Source: an uncultured Nitrososphaeraceae archaeon (GTDB lineage Archaea; Thermoproteota; Nitrososphaeria; Nitrososphaerales; Nitrososphaeraceae). From it: DNA of 24,935 nt. This document shows positions 8,076 to 18,840 of the stretch, in pieces (position 1 is the first letter of the stretch; each line of letters opens with the position of its first letter). Where the stretch lies: contig CAWIMJ010000053.1 in assembly GCA_963837175.1 (NCBI GenBank), positions 1 through 24,935 on the forward strand, read 5' to 3'. The notes beneath the pieces were generated by a model, which did no database searches, had not been told where the DNA came from, and was given only the letters and a program-made list of their open reading frames with translations. Made by a program: the position numbers and the translations under genes.

Positions 8076-10400
8076 ATGACGATAACAACAACACCTTCCA
8101 GTCTTGTTCTCAAGACATATGTTAAACTAAAAAATAATATATTAAAATTCAAAAAAGTTGTTGACAGACCACTTACATTAAGTGAAAAGATTATGATTGG
8201 ACACCTTTATGAAGAGATGCATCCTTATTTAGATCACGAGCTTTTACTTCCTGGCAAGAGTTATGTATTTCTTAAACCAGATAGAGTAGCATTGCAAGAC
8301 GTCACAGGACAGATGACTATTCTTCAATTTATGCAAGCGGGCATAGAAAGAACTAGAGTTCCTACAACAGTCCATTGTGATCATCTCATTAAGGCAAGAA
8401 TAGGAAGCGAACCTGATACAAAGGCCGCGCTTTATGAGAACAACGAAGTATATCAATTCTTAGAATCTGCATCAAGAAAATATGGAATAGGATTCTGGAA
8501 TCCAGGATCCGGCATAATACATCAAGTAATACTCGAAAACTATGCTTATCCCGGAGGTCTAATGATTGGAACAGACTCCCATACTCCAAATGCAGGAGGT
8601 CTTGGAATGATCGCAATAGGAGTAGGCGGCCTTGACGCAGCAGAAGTTATGGCAGGATTGCCTTGGGAATTACTTTATCCAAAACGAATTGGCGTTTACA
8701 TGACAGGAGAGCTGAACGGCTGGGCCTCTCCCAAGGATATTATACTTTACGTAGCATCAAAGCTTACTGTTTCTGGAGGAACAAATGCAATAATTGAATA
8801 CTTTGGACCAGGTACAAAAACTATTAGCTGTACAGGAAAGGCAACAATTACAAATATGGGTGCAGAGATAGGTGCTACTTGTTCAATATTTCCATACGAC
8901 CAGAGAATGGATATTTATCTTCGAGCAACAAGACGAGGATTGATAGCTGATCTTGCGAATCAACATATTGATTTACTAGTCCAAGATCCAGAAATAGAAG
9001 AAGAAATAGTGGACAATAGAGACAAGAGTATACTAAAATATTTTGATCGATTAATTGAAATTGATCTTTCTAAGCTTGAGCCGCATATTGTGGGTCCCCA
9101 TACGCCTGATCTTGCAAGACCAATTTCAAAGATGGCAAAAGAAGTTGAGAACAATAACTACATAGATGCAATTTCAGTTGCTCTTATTGGAAGTTGCACA
9201 AATTCCTCATATGAGGACATGTCACGCGCAGCAGATATCGCTGAACAAGCAAGAGCAAAAGGGATAAAGACCAAAGTACCATTACAAGTTACTCCTGGTT
9301 CGGAGATGATTAGGGCAACGATAGAAAGAGATGGTCAGATGCAATTGCTCAAAGAAATAGGTGCAAACGTTCTTGCAAATGCTTGTGGTCCATGTATTGG
9401 ACAGTGGAGCAGACCAGAATTGAAAAACGATGAACCAAATACAATCGTTACATCTTATAATAGAAACTTTCCAGGACGAAATGATGGAAAAAAAGAAACA
9501 ATGAATTTTATCGGAAGCCCGGAGATAGCTATAGCCCTTGCTCTTGGAGGAAGACTTTCTTTTAATCCACTTGTTGACGAATTGACTGCAGGGGATGGAA
9601 CAAAATTTAAACTGAAGCCTCCGACAATAGCACCTGAAATCCCAGAAAAAGGTTTCAATGATACTAGTAGAGAAGATGTATTTGCTGCTCCTGCAGAGGA
9701 CTTTCGCAGTGTAGAAGTGATAATTAACAAGGACAGTGATCGACTACAAAAATTGGAACCATTTTCTAAATGGGATGGGAAGGATTTTGAGAAATTACCT
9801 GTATTAGCAAAGGTTAGAGGAAAATGTACGACAGACCATATTTCACCTGCTGGTGCATGGTTGATGTATCGAGGTCATCTAGATAAGATAAGCGACAATT
9901 TACTTCTTGGGGCAGTTAATGCCTATCGCAATGGCGAGGTAGGAAAGGGAAAAAACATTCTTAATGGTAATATTGAATCATATCCACATATAGCTAGAGA
10001 GTACAAAAAATGGAATATGAAATGGATCATTGTTGGAGATCAAAACTATGGAGAGGGCAGCAGTAGAGAACATGCTGCGATGACTCCAAGATATCTTGGA
10101 TGTGCAGCAGTCATTTCTAGAAGTTTTGCTAGAATACATGAAACTAATCTTAAGAAACAAGGAGTGTTAACATTGACGTTTAAGGATCTATTAGATTATG
10201 ACAAAATAATGGAATATGATAGAATAAGTATAACTGGATTAAATGATATCAAACCCGGCAAGACTGTAAAATGCGTTCTACATCACAATAATGGAGCTGA
10301 TGATGAGGAGATATATTTACAACACTCGTATAATGAATCACAAATAGAATGGTTTTATGCTGGTTCAGCTCTTAATGTATTGCTTTCTAAGAAAGATTAG
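8076..10400 (+). CDS. acnA: Aconitate hydratase (mitochondrial-like AcnA type)
   Basis: RPLTLSEKI, DRVALQD, VHCDHLI, GTDSHTPNAGG, GSCTNSSYED and ACGPCIGQW ([4Fe-4S] Cys), CTTDHISPAG, NYGEGSSREHAA, SFARIHETNLKKQG. Confidence 0.96.
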   Translation: MTITTTPSSLVLKTYVKLKNNILKFKKVVDRPLTLSEKIMIGHLYEEMHPYLDHELLLPGKSYVFLKPDRVALQDVTGQMTILQFMQAGIERTRVPTTVHCDHLIKARIGSEPDTKAALYENNEVYQFLESASRKYGIGFWNPGSGIIHQVILENYAYPGGLMIGTDSHTPNAGGLGMIAIGVGGLDAAEVMAGLPWELLYPKRIGVYMTGELNGWASPKDIILYVASKLTVSGGTNAIIEYFGPGTKTISCTGKATITNMGAEIGATCSIFPYDQRMDIYLRATRRGLIADLANQHIDLLVQDPEIEEEIVDNRDKSILKYFDRLIEIDLSKLEPHIVGPHTPDLARPISKMAKEVENNNYIDAISVALIGSCTNSSYEDMSRAADIAEQARAKGIKTKVPLQVTPGSEMIRATIERDGQMQLLKEIGANVLANACGPCIGQWSRPELKNDEPNTIVTSYNRNFPGRNDGKKETMNFIGSPEIAIALALGGRLSFNPLVDELTAGDGTKFKLKPPTIAPEIPEKGFNDTSREDVFAAPAEDFRSVEVIINKDSDRLQKLEPFSKWDGKDFEKLPVLAKVRGKCTTDHISPAGAWLMYRGHLDKISDNLLLGAVNAYRNGEVGKGKNILNGNIESYPHIAREYKKWNMKWIIVGDQNYGEGSSREHAAMTPRYLGCAAVISRSFARIHETNLKKQGVLTLTFKDLLDYDKIMEYDRISITGLNDIKPGKTVKCVLHHNNGADDEEIYLQHSYNESQIEWFYAGSALNVLLSKKD

Positions 10401-10978
10401 TGAAGCATCTTATTATTATTTTCTCTATTATAGAAAAAAAGATAACAATAGCTAGTTTCTTTTGTTCCAATATCATACCCTTCAGCAACATAACAAACAA
10501 ACATCTTCCATCGTAATGCGAACCTGTACTTATGACGTCTAATATGTCATCTATAATTGGCTTTGCAAGTGAATCTGATGCAGGTACTAGAGCCACACGG
10601 TAAAAAGCAAATTACACTCCCGACCCATCAAATAGTCAGAAGATCTTCCAAGATCTGATATTAGAAAATTCATTGACTAGAAATTACCTTTTCAATATGA
10701 CAACTGGCTTGTAGCATTAAACTCTACAAAAAAACATTGGAGTCTTTTAACAAGATTCAATAATGTTTTAGTTTAGCAAACTATAATGTTTTTACACTCA
10801 GAACCACGGATGTATGGTCTGGACAACTATTATTTAGACAGCCGTATCTTGACTGTTTATCACTTAACAAAAACATTCTCATGTCCAGTAGCTCAAAGAA
10901 GATACATATTGGATACTTTTCTAGGTATAATCAGGTTTATAGAAAGAGATAATCGGGTGTATGCGTGTTAGACATACT

Positions 10979-11098
10979 ATGTTGAAAAAATGTGATAAAT
11001 GTGGTAAGATCTTTGTGACAAACAAAAATCATTTACTATGTCATGATTGTTGGATGAGTGAAATAGAAAAAATAGGAGGCATGACAGATGATGCTTAA
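10979..11098 (+). CDS. 39-aa zinc-finger microprotein (below the ORF-track cutoff)
   Basis: MLKKCDKCGKIFVTNKNHLLCHDCWMSEIEKIGGMTDDA*, with CxxC-x12-CxxC. A TTTATA box lies at 10936-10941 upstream. Confidence 0.65.
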   Translation: MLKKCDKCGKIFVTNKNHLLCHDCWMSEIEKIGGMTDDA

Positions 11099-11208
11099 AT
11101 AAGATGCAGTAATAGATTATTTGTTAGAAACATTTAACCTACTATTGACATATCAGCTTTGTTATTTGGTCTGTCACAAAGTAGCACCTAATAATTGTCA
11201 CACTATAA

Positions 11209-11373
11209 TTACATAGAGTCAGAAATTATTTTTGCAAGTTCCTCTTTCTTTTGCTTACGATATAGATCTAGCTCGGCAAGTAATTGGTCTTTTATCTGTT
11301 TGTAAAGTTTTATTCGTGCTTGTAATCCCTCTTTTTCTATATCGGTAATTTCTGCTGATGATGACGACGACAT
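11209..11373 (-). CDS. 54-aa charged helical (coiled-coil-like) small protein (below the ORF-track cutoff)
   Basis: MSSSSSAEITDIEKEGLQARIKLYKQIKDQLLAELDLYRKQKKEELAKIISDSM*. Heptad-like Leu/Ile pattern; a TTTTATAA box lies about 40 bp upstream (11414-11421). Confidence 0.55.
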   Translation of the reverse strand: MSSSSSAEITDIEKEGLQARIKLYKQIKDQLLAELDLYRKQKKEELAKIISDSM

Positions 11374-12069
11374 TGTAATATAACTAGGTAAATGTAATTA
11401 ACAGAGCAGGCTGTTATAAAAATATCCATATTTAATTATGCAGTATATCTCCTCATTTGATTGATCTATTTTCTTTTGAGAGCACTTATACCGTGTATAT
11501 CTTTGAATTTTTCATTTAGTTTATTCACATTTGCTTTATAGCCTTTATTGTACTCTTAGCTCGTCTGGTGCATGCGTAGCCGGATGGATAAATCCTTGAT
11601 TATACATCATCATTGCTCTCTCATATGCCCACATTCTTTGCAAATCCCACTCTGCAGTACCAAAACTATCATGAGGACCTGTTGTTTGCCATTGTGTATA
11701 CTGAATACTAATAAGATACAATTCGTACAAAAATATTCTTATTTTTTCAAAATTATATGAATGTACTGACATAGAATTATTTATATCTAAAAGTATTATA
11801 GAGACACGTGATGACAAGATTTAGGCTGAGAATAATGCAGAGGGAAAGAAGATACTTTCATTTTCTCTTCCATTAATAGTAACTAACTAATCTAGTAATC
11901 TGTCAGAAGTAATAAATAAAGAAAAAGAAGAGACTTTATAATTTTTTAAATGTCTGAAATAGGCAATGGATACTGACTTTAAATAATTATCATGTCTAAC
12001 ATCCTGCTGCTCCATAAATCAGTTGAGAAGCAGAGAAATATGGTATCATAACAACAAATACAACTAATG

Positions 12070-12516
12070 TTATATATAATATTCTAATATCTTTTCAATG
12101 GCATCTTTATCATCGTCAGTATTAGCATATTCTGCATATTTAGTAAAGTCTAATGGAGTAACTATACCGATAGGTTTGTTTATATCAGATTTATCATCAA
12201 CTACAAGTAAATGTCTTACATTCTTTTGTAACATCATATCAGCTGCTACTGATGGCGACGATTTAGAATCAATAGTAATAAGAGGAGAAGACATTATCTC
12301 TTTATTTGTTATCGTACTAGTATGTACATCATTAATGCAAACCTTTCTAGCTAAATCCCGCTCGGTAACTAAACCTTCTGGTCTACCATTTCCATCAATA
12401 ACAACCAATGAACTCACGTTCTTATCTTTCATTTTCTTTGCCGCTTCTTGAACAGAAGCCAATTCTTCAATAGTTTCTAATTTTTTTCTCATTATATCGC
12501 TGATGGTCATATTCAT
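12070..12516 (-). CDS. Stand-alone CBS-pair protein
   Basis: TISDIMRKKL...SVQEAAKKMKDKNVSSLVVID...GLVTERDL and KEIMSSPLITID...KNVRHLLVVD...IGIVTPLDF. Confidence 0.93.
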   Translation of the reverse strand: MNMTISDIMRKKLETIEELASVQEAAKKMKDKNVSSLVVIDGNGRPEGLVTERDLARKVCINDVHTSTITNKEIMSSPLITIDSKSSPSVAADMMLQKNVRHLLVVDDKSDINKPIGIVTPLDFTKYAEYANTDDDKDAIEKILEYYI

Positions 12517-13186
12517 TGGATATACACAACTTTATTATGATATTTTAAATATAATACTATTGCTGCTGTTTAAGACATTAACAATTCTAGGATCAATAAA
12601 TAGTTGGTTTATTGATCGGTAAAATAGTTATTTAGAAGATTGACTAATGACAACCAACTTTTGTCGATTTATTTATTATAACTTGTGGAATATTAACTGC
12701 ATAACTATTAAATGAGTATGTTATCTCCAATAAACCACTTCAATAATGACCTCAACAGTACTATATTATATCTTGTCATATTGTACAGCTGCAGAAGCCT
12801 TAGTATAATTTTCGAATCACTCTAGAAAAATCCAACAATAATTAATTTTACAATACACTTTTTGTGTATGCTATTACATTTAAGAATTTGTGGCCTTGAT
12901 ACTCTGTATGACTAAGGACTTTAACTATTTCTTCTACTAATTTTTTTATTATCCATCATCGAGATTTTTAGACGTCATTCAACATGTTGTGCCTTTGCAA
13001 TAATATGTTAGCAAAAAAAACTCCCTCTTGTGCTATCAGTTGGTCTATTTAATGACAAGCAGTAAAATATCCTAATCAAGCAATAGAATTGGTCTCATCA
13101 GTAGAGGATAATCATCTTCCAAGCTGCTTCTCAGAATTTGCATCTGGATTAGGTTATAGAGATTAACATTATGTATTAATAGTATA

Positions 13187-14084
13187 GTGTCAAATAATAA
13201 TAATATGCTGAATAGCAAAAAATTTTTGCTAACAACAAGACATATTCTGTTAATATTACTGATCGCTACATTCGGAACTACAACAACAATAACAACTATG
13301 ACAATGACAGAAATAACAACAACAATTGATTCATATGCGCAAACAGGAAGTATGGCTACATTACAAAATATCCAAGCCATGTATGCAGTAAGCATAATTC
13401 CAGGAGCAGCACAGAGGAATAGTACATTTCATTATTATCCTCCTGCAATTGCTGTACCTACTGGTACTACTATAGCGTGGTTTAATAATGACTTTGGTCA
13501 ACCACACACAGTAACTAGCGGATTACCTAGATCTCCTGACACTGGTTCAGTTTTTAATTCAGGTATTATGCCAGCAACTGCAAATTCCTTCTTTCAGTAT
13601 ACGTTCAACAGATCTGGAAAGATCTTATATCATTGTGAGATTCATCCGTGGAGAGTTGCCTCCGTATCAGTAAGTGATGCATTAGAAAGAGGTAATAATT
13701 TTGAATTATCTTCAGGTACAGGTCCAGTACTTAATCTTACTCAAGACTTTAGAACACTGCTAGTTTTTAAACCTATAACAGTGCCATTAGATGGAATAAC
13801 GCCGCTTACTTACAATATTATCATATTAAAGAATAATACTGATACAGTCTTTTCAAGGACATTTACTACAGCTGGTGAACCCTTACCACTAGAATTGATA
13901 GCCGGTAGTAACGAAACAAGAGCGTATGGACCAGACTTCAGCAGTACCTGGACCATATCACCTTGAAGGCGCATTTCTGAAAGGTAACGCAGATTATAAA
14001 ATAATAATACAAATGACTACAGTAAATGCAAAACCACCGCCAAATCCTATAGAAGACAAATTTAGCCTGAGGACAGTTGCATAA
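13187..14084 (+). CDS. Secreted cupredoxin-domain protein with a C-terminal beta-rich domain; +1 frameshift at about 13947
   Basis: Signal/TM segment and Thr-rich linker, then YYPPAIAVPTGTTIAWFN, PHTVTSG, FNSG and YHCEIHPWR. After PDFSST the frame continues as GPYHLEGAFLKGNADYKIIIQMTTVNAKPPPNPIEDKFSLRTVA* to 14084. Confidence 0.82.
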
Positions 14085-14228
14085 CAAAAAGTCATTGTGC
14101 ATCCATCAGAATTTTTTTACATTCCGTATGTTATTTATTGGTAAGTTAATCTCAAATCTTAACCTGTTACCCAGTACATTATTTATTTATCATCCTTTAT
14201 AGAGACGGGATTGATCCTCTATATACTA

Positions 14229-14390
14229 CATTATTGTATTCGTATTTGTATCAAGAGCCACCGCAGTAGTATGGCTCCGTACTTTTATGTTAGCTATTCA
14301 TTCAATATTATACAGGCTACCTATGATTAATATAGTATTAGCCTATCCATTTGCTAGGTATATCATATGATTGGCGGATTAACTACTATT
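14229..14390 (-). pseudogene. YVTN/YncE beta-propeller repeat remnant
   Basis: Reverse strand reads IVVNP / NHMIYLANG*ANTILIIGSLYNIE*IANIKVRSHTTAVALDTNTNTIM, matching the AVNPxTNxIYVANxxSNTVSVID...IxVGxxPxxVAV repeat with stops. Confidence 0.55.
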
Positions 14391-14531
14391 TTCTAGTTGG
14401 TTATAATATTAGACTAGCACTAAAAAATATGGAATAATATACTATTGACCCTTCAATCATTATGAAAGATGGGTTAATTGCTAAAATAAAAATTGTTATT
14501 AGTTGGATTACAGAAGTCTAATTCTTATTCT

Positions 14532-16866
14532 ATGAGCTTAGAGAAACTTATTTCGCCTTCAAGTATCGCAGTGTTTGGTGCATCAAATAGAGGTGGAAGT
14601 GTTGGTAATGCAGTTATAACTAATATAATTTTGGGAAAATTTACTGGAAAAATATTTCCAATAAATCCCTCAAGCGAATCTATTCTTGGCTTGAAATGCT
14701 ATAAGACTATTTTTGACGTAAAATGTCAGTTAGATCTTGCAGTAATAGTTACACCCAGTAAGACCGTACTTCAGATTATTGAGGATTGTGGTAATAAAGG
14801 AGTGAATGCTGCAATTATAATTTCTGCAGGATTTAAAGAAACTGGAGAAGAAGGCAAGCGGCTTGAAGAAAAAATCAAAGAAATAGCTAAAAAGCATAAT
14901 ATACGGCTGATTGGCCCAAATTGCATTGGTTATATTAATACCAATCCAAACATTTCATTGAATGCAAGCTTTACAAAAGGAATGCCAAAGCAAGGAAACA
15001 TAGCATTAGTATCTCAAAGTGGAGCAATTTGTCTTGCAATGCTAGAATACTCCAAGGCAAGAAACATGGGATTTTCAAAAATATTCAGCCTTGGAAATAA
15101 ATCTGATGTAAATGAAAATGATTTAATTGCTGTGTTATCAAATGATACAGACACCAAAGTAATTCTGATGTATATTGAAGATTTAGCCAATGGAAGAAGG
15201 TTTATAGAAATTGCATCCAAGATGACTGGTGGCGATATTGGTGACTTTTCGAATAAAACAAGAAGATTGAGCGGAAAACCAATACTTGCACTCAAAGTAG
15301 GTGAATCTACTATCGGAGCTAAATCAATTGCCTCCCATACAGGAGCATTGGCTGGCTCGCGGGAAACATATAATGCAATTTTTGCTCAAAGTGGAGTTAT
15401 AAGAGTAGAAACATTAGAAGAATTGTTTGATTATGCTATAGCCTTTGCATATCAGCCAATTCCAGCATTTGATGATGGTAATAATGTTACCGTAAGAGAT
15501 AATATTGATATTGGTACTGTTAATACTAATCATCAGAATATTGGTAATATCAGCAAGAGTGCTGGTACTGCTATAGTCTCAAATGCGGGAGGTCCAGTAG
15601 CAATAGTTGCAGACATTGCTGAGAGATACAACTTGAAATTGGCTGAACTGACTACAGAAACTGTTAATGAACTGAAAAGAGTTCTTCCAAAAACAGCTTC
15701 TTCTATTATTAATCCTGTCGATATAATTGGGGACGCAGATCACATAAGATATGAGAAAGCATTAAGGGCAATATTAAAAGATCCAAATGTAAATTCGTGC
15801 ATCCTCATATGTACGCCTCAGATGATGCTAAACATAAAATCGTTGGTAGACATTATAATTAATATAAATGAAGAATTTAGAGAAAAGACACTACTTTCTT
15901 GTATAATGACAGTTCCTGAAATAGGAAAAAATAAATAATAATAACGGAAATGTCCTAAGAAGGCTTGACAAAAATAAAATACCACAATATACCTTTCCAG
16001 AATCTGCAGCCAGAAGCATGTATATGATGCAGAGGTATTGGTCTTGGGTAATAAGACCCAGAACTAGCGTCAAAATATTTGACGATGTTAAAAAAGATAT
16101 AGTCAAGGAATTGTTTGCTAATATAAGAAAACAATGGCAAAATCAGAAAAATGACTTCCTTCATAAGAATATAATCAATGATAATAACAAAAATGATAAT
16201 AAGTATTATTACATCTCTGGAGAACAAGCAATGAGTATCTTGAATGCATATGGCTTCAAGACTCCTATAACCAAGCTAGCTACAAATGAAGATGAATGTA
16301 TGAGATTCTCTGATTATGTTGGATATCCTGTTGCATTAAAGGTGTCATCTCCTCATATAGTTCATAAAACGGATGTTGGCGGCGTCGAATTGAATTTAAG
16401 AAATAGCCAAGAAGTAAAAGATGCATATAGAAGGATAATACAAAACGTAAAGCAAAAAGGTAAAAATGGCGACATAAAAATTGATGGAATAATTGTTCAA
16501 GAATTCATAACAACTGGTAAAGAGACTATAATAGGAATGAAACATGACCCTCAGTTTGGACCTTTGCTTATGTTTGGTTTGGGAGGAATATACGTACAGG
16601 TTTTCAAAGATGTTTCTTTTAGACTTGCACCAATAAATGAATTAAGTGCTCGACATATGATTGAATCAACAAAAGCCAGCAAACTACTTTATGGAGTAAG
16701 AGGAGAGAAGCCATCTGATATAGAATCTCTGGTAGAATCTCTTCAGCGTTTGTCTCAGCTTGTAATGGATTTTTCTGAAATACAAGAGATAGATGTTAAT
16801 CCATTATTAGTCTTTGAGCAAAGAAAAGGATGTAAGGCTATTGATGTAAGAATAGTGATTTGGTAG
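14532..16866 (+). CDS. ADP-forming acyl-CoA synthetase (fused alpha-beta ACD; acetate-CoA/4-hydroxybutyrate-CoA ligase superfamily); split by an extra A at 15926-15931
   Basis: SIAVFGAS, LIGPNCIG, LVSQSGA, SLGNKSD, ASHTGALAG (phospho-His), NAGGP and NPVDIIGDA, followed by the ATP-grasp part GYPVALKVSSPHIVHKTDVGGV, DPQFGPLLMFGLGG and EIDVNPL. The bridging frame INNNNGNVLRRLDKNKIPQYTFPESAARSM joins the two ORFs. The start is probably ATG at 14532. Confidence 0.9.
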
Positions 16867-17306
16867 TGATTCCTAGTAGTTTTAAAACTAAAATAAAATT
16901 TTATTTTTGATTAGAGATTACTATTTTGTATTATTTTGTTTGTTTTATTGTTGATACCAATCATTGTTAGTAGGAGAAAGAAATCCTTCTATTCAATATA
17001 AAAATCATAATTCAATCTAAAATCATGAAAAGAGAGGTCCCTTTTCAATATACACCACCTGACCTTAATGTAATCTTACTAATTTGTAATTGGAAGCTGT
17101 GTGGATACTTGTACTATCAAATGGTATCTCGTTTGAAATTTGCATATTCATCTTTTTAAACTAGGTTTGTTTTGAGTGGTATTTTTGCCTTATTTTTTCA
17201 AACAAATAGAAGCATATTGCAAGCATATTTACCATTCTGAAATACCTTCTAAAGACAGTAATTGTAGGTATCTTTTATTGCTAAATCATAAAGCGATTTG
17301 GTTATT

Positions 17307-17792
17307 TTATTTTATTACCAGTACAGGACAATGCGCATAAGTTACAACTCCAGAAGCAACACTTCCAAGTAGCATTCTTTTAATACCTGATCTTCCTCGA
17401 GTACCTATTACAATCAGATCTATGTTTTTATGTTCAGCATATTCAACTATTGCACTTGCAGTAGACCTATCAGTTGCAATAACTTCCGTTTTGAGTTGAA
17501 TTTTCTTGTTTATATCATTAGTTTTTTGTTTAATCTGGTCAAACCACTTCTCAGCTTCTTTCTTGATATCTTCTAGCAATTCACTAATTGAAGTAGGAGT
17601 AGCAAATCCATAAATGTCAGATGAGTATGCATATCCTATTTGTGAAGGGAAAACATGAATAGCAATTAACAAAACAGCATTATTATTTTCTGCTGCTATT
17701 TCTATCGCATAGTCTGATGCTCGTAGAGATGTTTCAGAACCATCTACTGCGACAAGTATTTTCGAAAATTTTCCTGCCTTGGTTTGTGCCAA
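17307..17792 (-). CDS. Universal stress protein (UspA family)
   Basis: KILVAVDGSETSLRA and IVEYAEHKNIDLIVIGTRGRSGIKRMLLGSVASGVVTYAHCPVLVIK (ATP-binding G-2x-G-9x-GS motif). Confidence 0.95.
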   Translation of the reverse strand: MAQTKAGKFSKILVAVDGSETSLRASDYAIEIAAENNNAVLLIAIHVFPSQIGYAYSSDIYGFATPTSISELLEDIKKEAEKWFDQIKQKTNDINKKIQLKTEVIATDRSTASAIVEYAEHKNIDLIVIGTRGRSGIKRMLLGSVASGVVTYAHCPVLVIK

Positions 17793-18156
17793 ATTATAAT
17801 ATAATATTATACATAGGAATTTAAATCAATCAATCATCATTTATGAATTAGCTTAATTTAAGAAGGAAAAGGGCTTGAAGATAGATATATAGTTCAAGCA
17901 AAATAGTTGTTGAAAATCACGGCTGGTTAATTATTATCTATCTATAGTGTAAATTTACTCTTACTATATACCTGTATGACTCCTGAGTATTATCGTCTTA
18001 ATGCTGTCTAAGAATCAATAAGAGAGACTTTTAGGAGTTTACTGATAAAATCAACTGTTTACTATCTACATGTAATTAGAATATATAATTATGGATATAC
18101 CTATCTCTGATTTCCTAACAGATTAGAAGGGATAAATAAGTTTTTCTATCCTTTCT

Positions 18157-18510
18157 CTATTCTTCAAGCATATTATCAACATTATTCTTTATCTCCTGTA
18201 AAATCTTGCTATATACAAGCAACAATTTCTTTCTTTTATTAACTGGCATATCATGTACATAGGAGATCAATATTTCTGTCTCTCTAATAATACCTTTTAT
18301 ATTATCTTCTAATAGAACCTTTTCTTCTGCATCTGATGTTATCGAGTCTATTAATGAAATTATTGATTCTCCACTAATAACAATACTGCTTCTTTTTTCC
18401 AATCTATTTGATTTTCTATTTTTATTCTCACTGTTACTTTCTGATATTGATTTGCCTTTTGATTTTCTTAATCGTTTTCTTACCATGAATTTGTATTGCC
18501 CTCTCTTCAA
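18157..18510 (-). CDS. Hypothetical protein (basic N-terminus, helical C-terminus)
   Basis: 117-codon ORF in AT-rich DNA with plausible composition and no recognised motif. The start may be ATG at about 18486. Confidence 0.55.
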   Translation of the reverse strand: MKRGQYKFMVRKRLRKSKGKSISESNSENKNRKSNRLEKRSSIVISGESIISLIDSITSDAEEKVLLEDNIKGIIRETEILISYVHDMPVNKRKKLLLVYSKILQEIKNNVDNMLEE

Positions 18511-18619
18511 TTAAACATTATGATAGCAATAATAGAGATTTGTGATTTGTATAATATTCTCATAATATGCCTAAACTAGGATTTAGCTATCATTCACTGT
18601 ATACTTGAAAACAAAAATA

Positions 18620-18840
18620 GTCTCATCTTCCTTCCCTCTACAAGAATATCTATCTAAAGGGAATCAGTCTTACAAAAATTATTGATGGAAATAAAGTTGT
18701 AGGTATACCTGGCTTTCCTTAGATATGGAATAGTAATTTATACAAAGAAGTGAAAAATGAATAGCAATTAAAGAGATTAAATCGATAGACAAACTACTTA
18801 TTACAAAGGTTTAACCACAATCTCATCAAAAGCTAGTAAA
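18620..18840 (+). pseudogene. Possible degraded CBS-domain gene
   Basis: Fragments VSSSFPLQE, KGISL, IIDGNKVVGI and KGLTTISSKAS in different frames resemble CBS motifs; many disruptions. Confidence 0.35.

Noticed and set aside
10387-10971. ORFs 10387..10596 (-) and 10786..10971 (+)
   Set aside because: No recognisable motifs; the latter overlaps the probable promoter of the zinc-finger microprotein.
11545-11817. 90-aa minus-strand ORF
   Set aside because: The N-terminal half is AT-rich and intergenic-like, and no frame gives a convincing full protein; at most a decayed small gene.
6012-15931. Programmed ribosomal frameshifting at the A/T runs
   Set aside because: These families are not known to use it, no stimulatory structures were seen, and the number of indels is better explained by sequencing error or decay.
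14532-16866. Protein lysine acetyltransferase (Pat/YfiQ) or separate alpha and beta genes
   Set aside because: There is no GNAT domain, the catalytic His in SHTG is retained, and the split falls before the end of the alpha part and is repaired by a one-base change.
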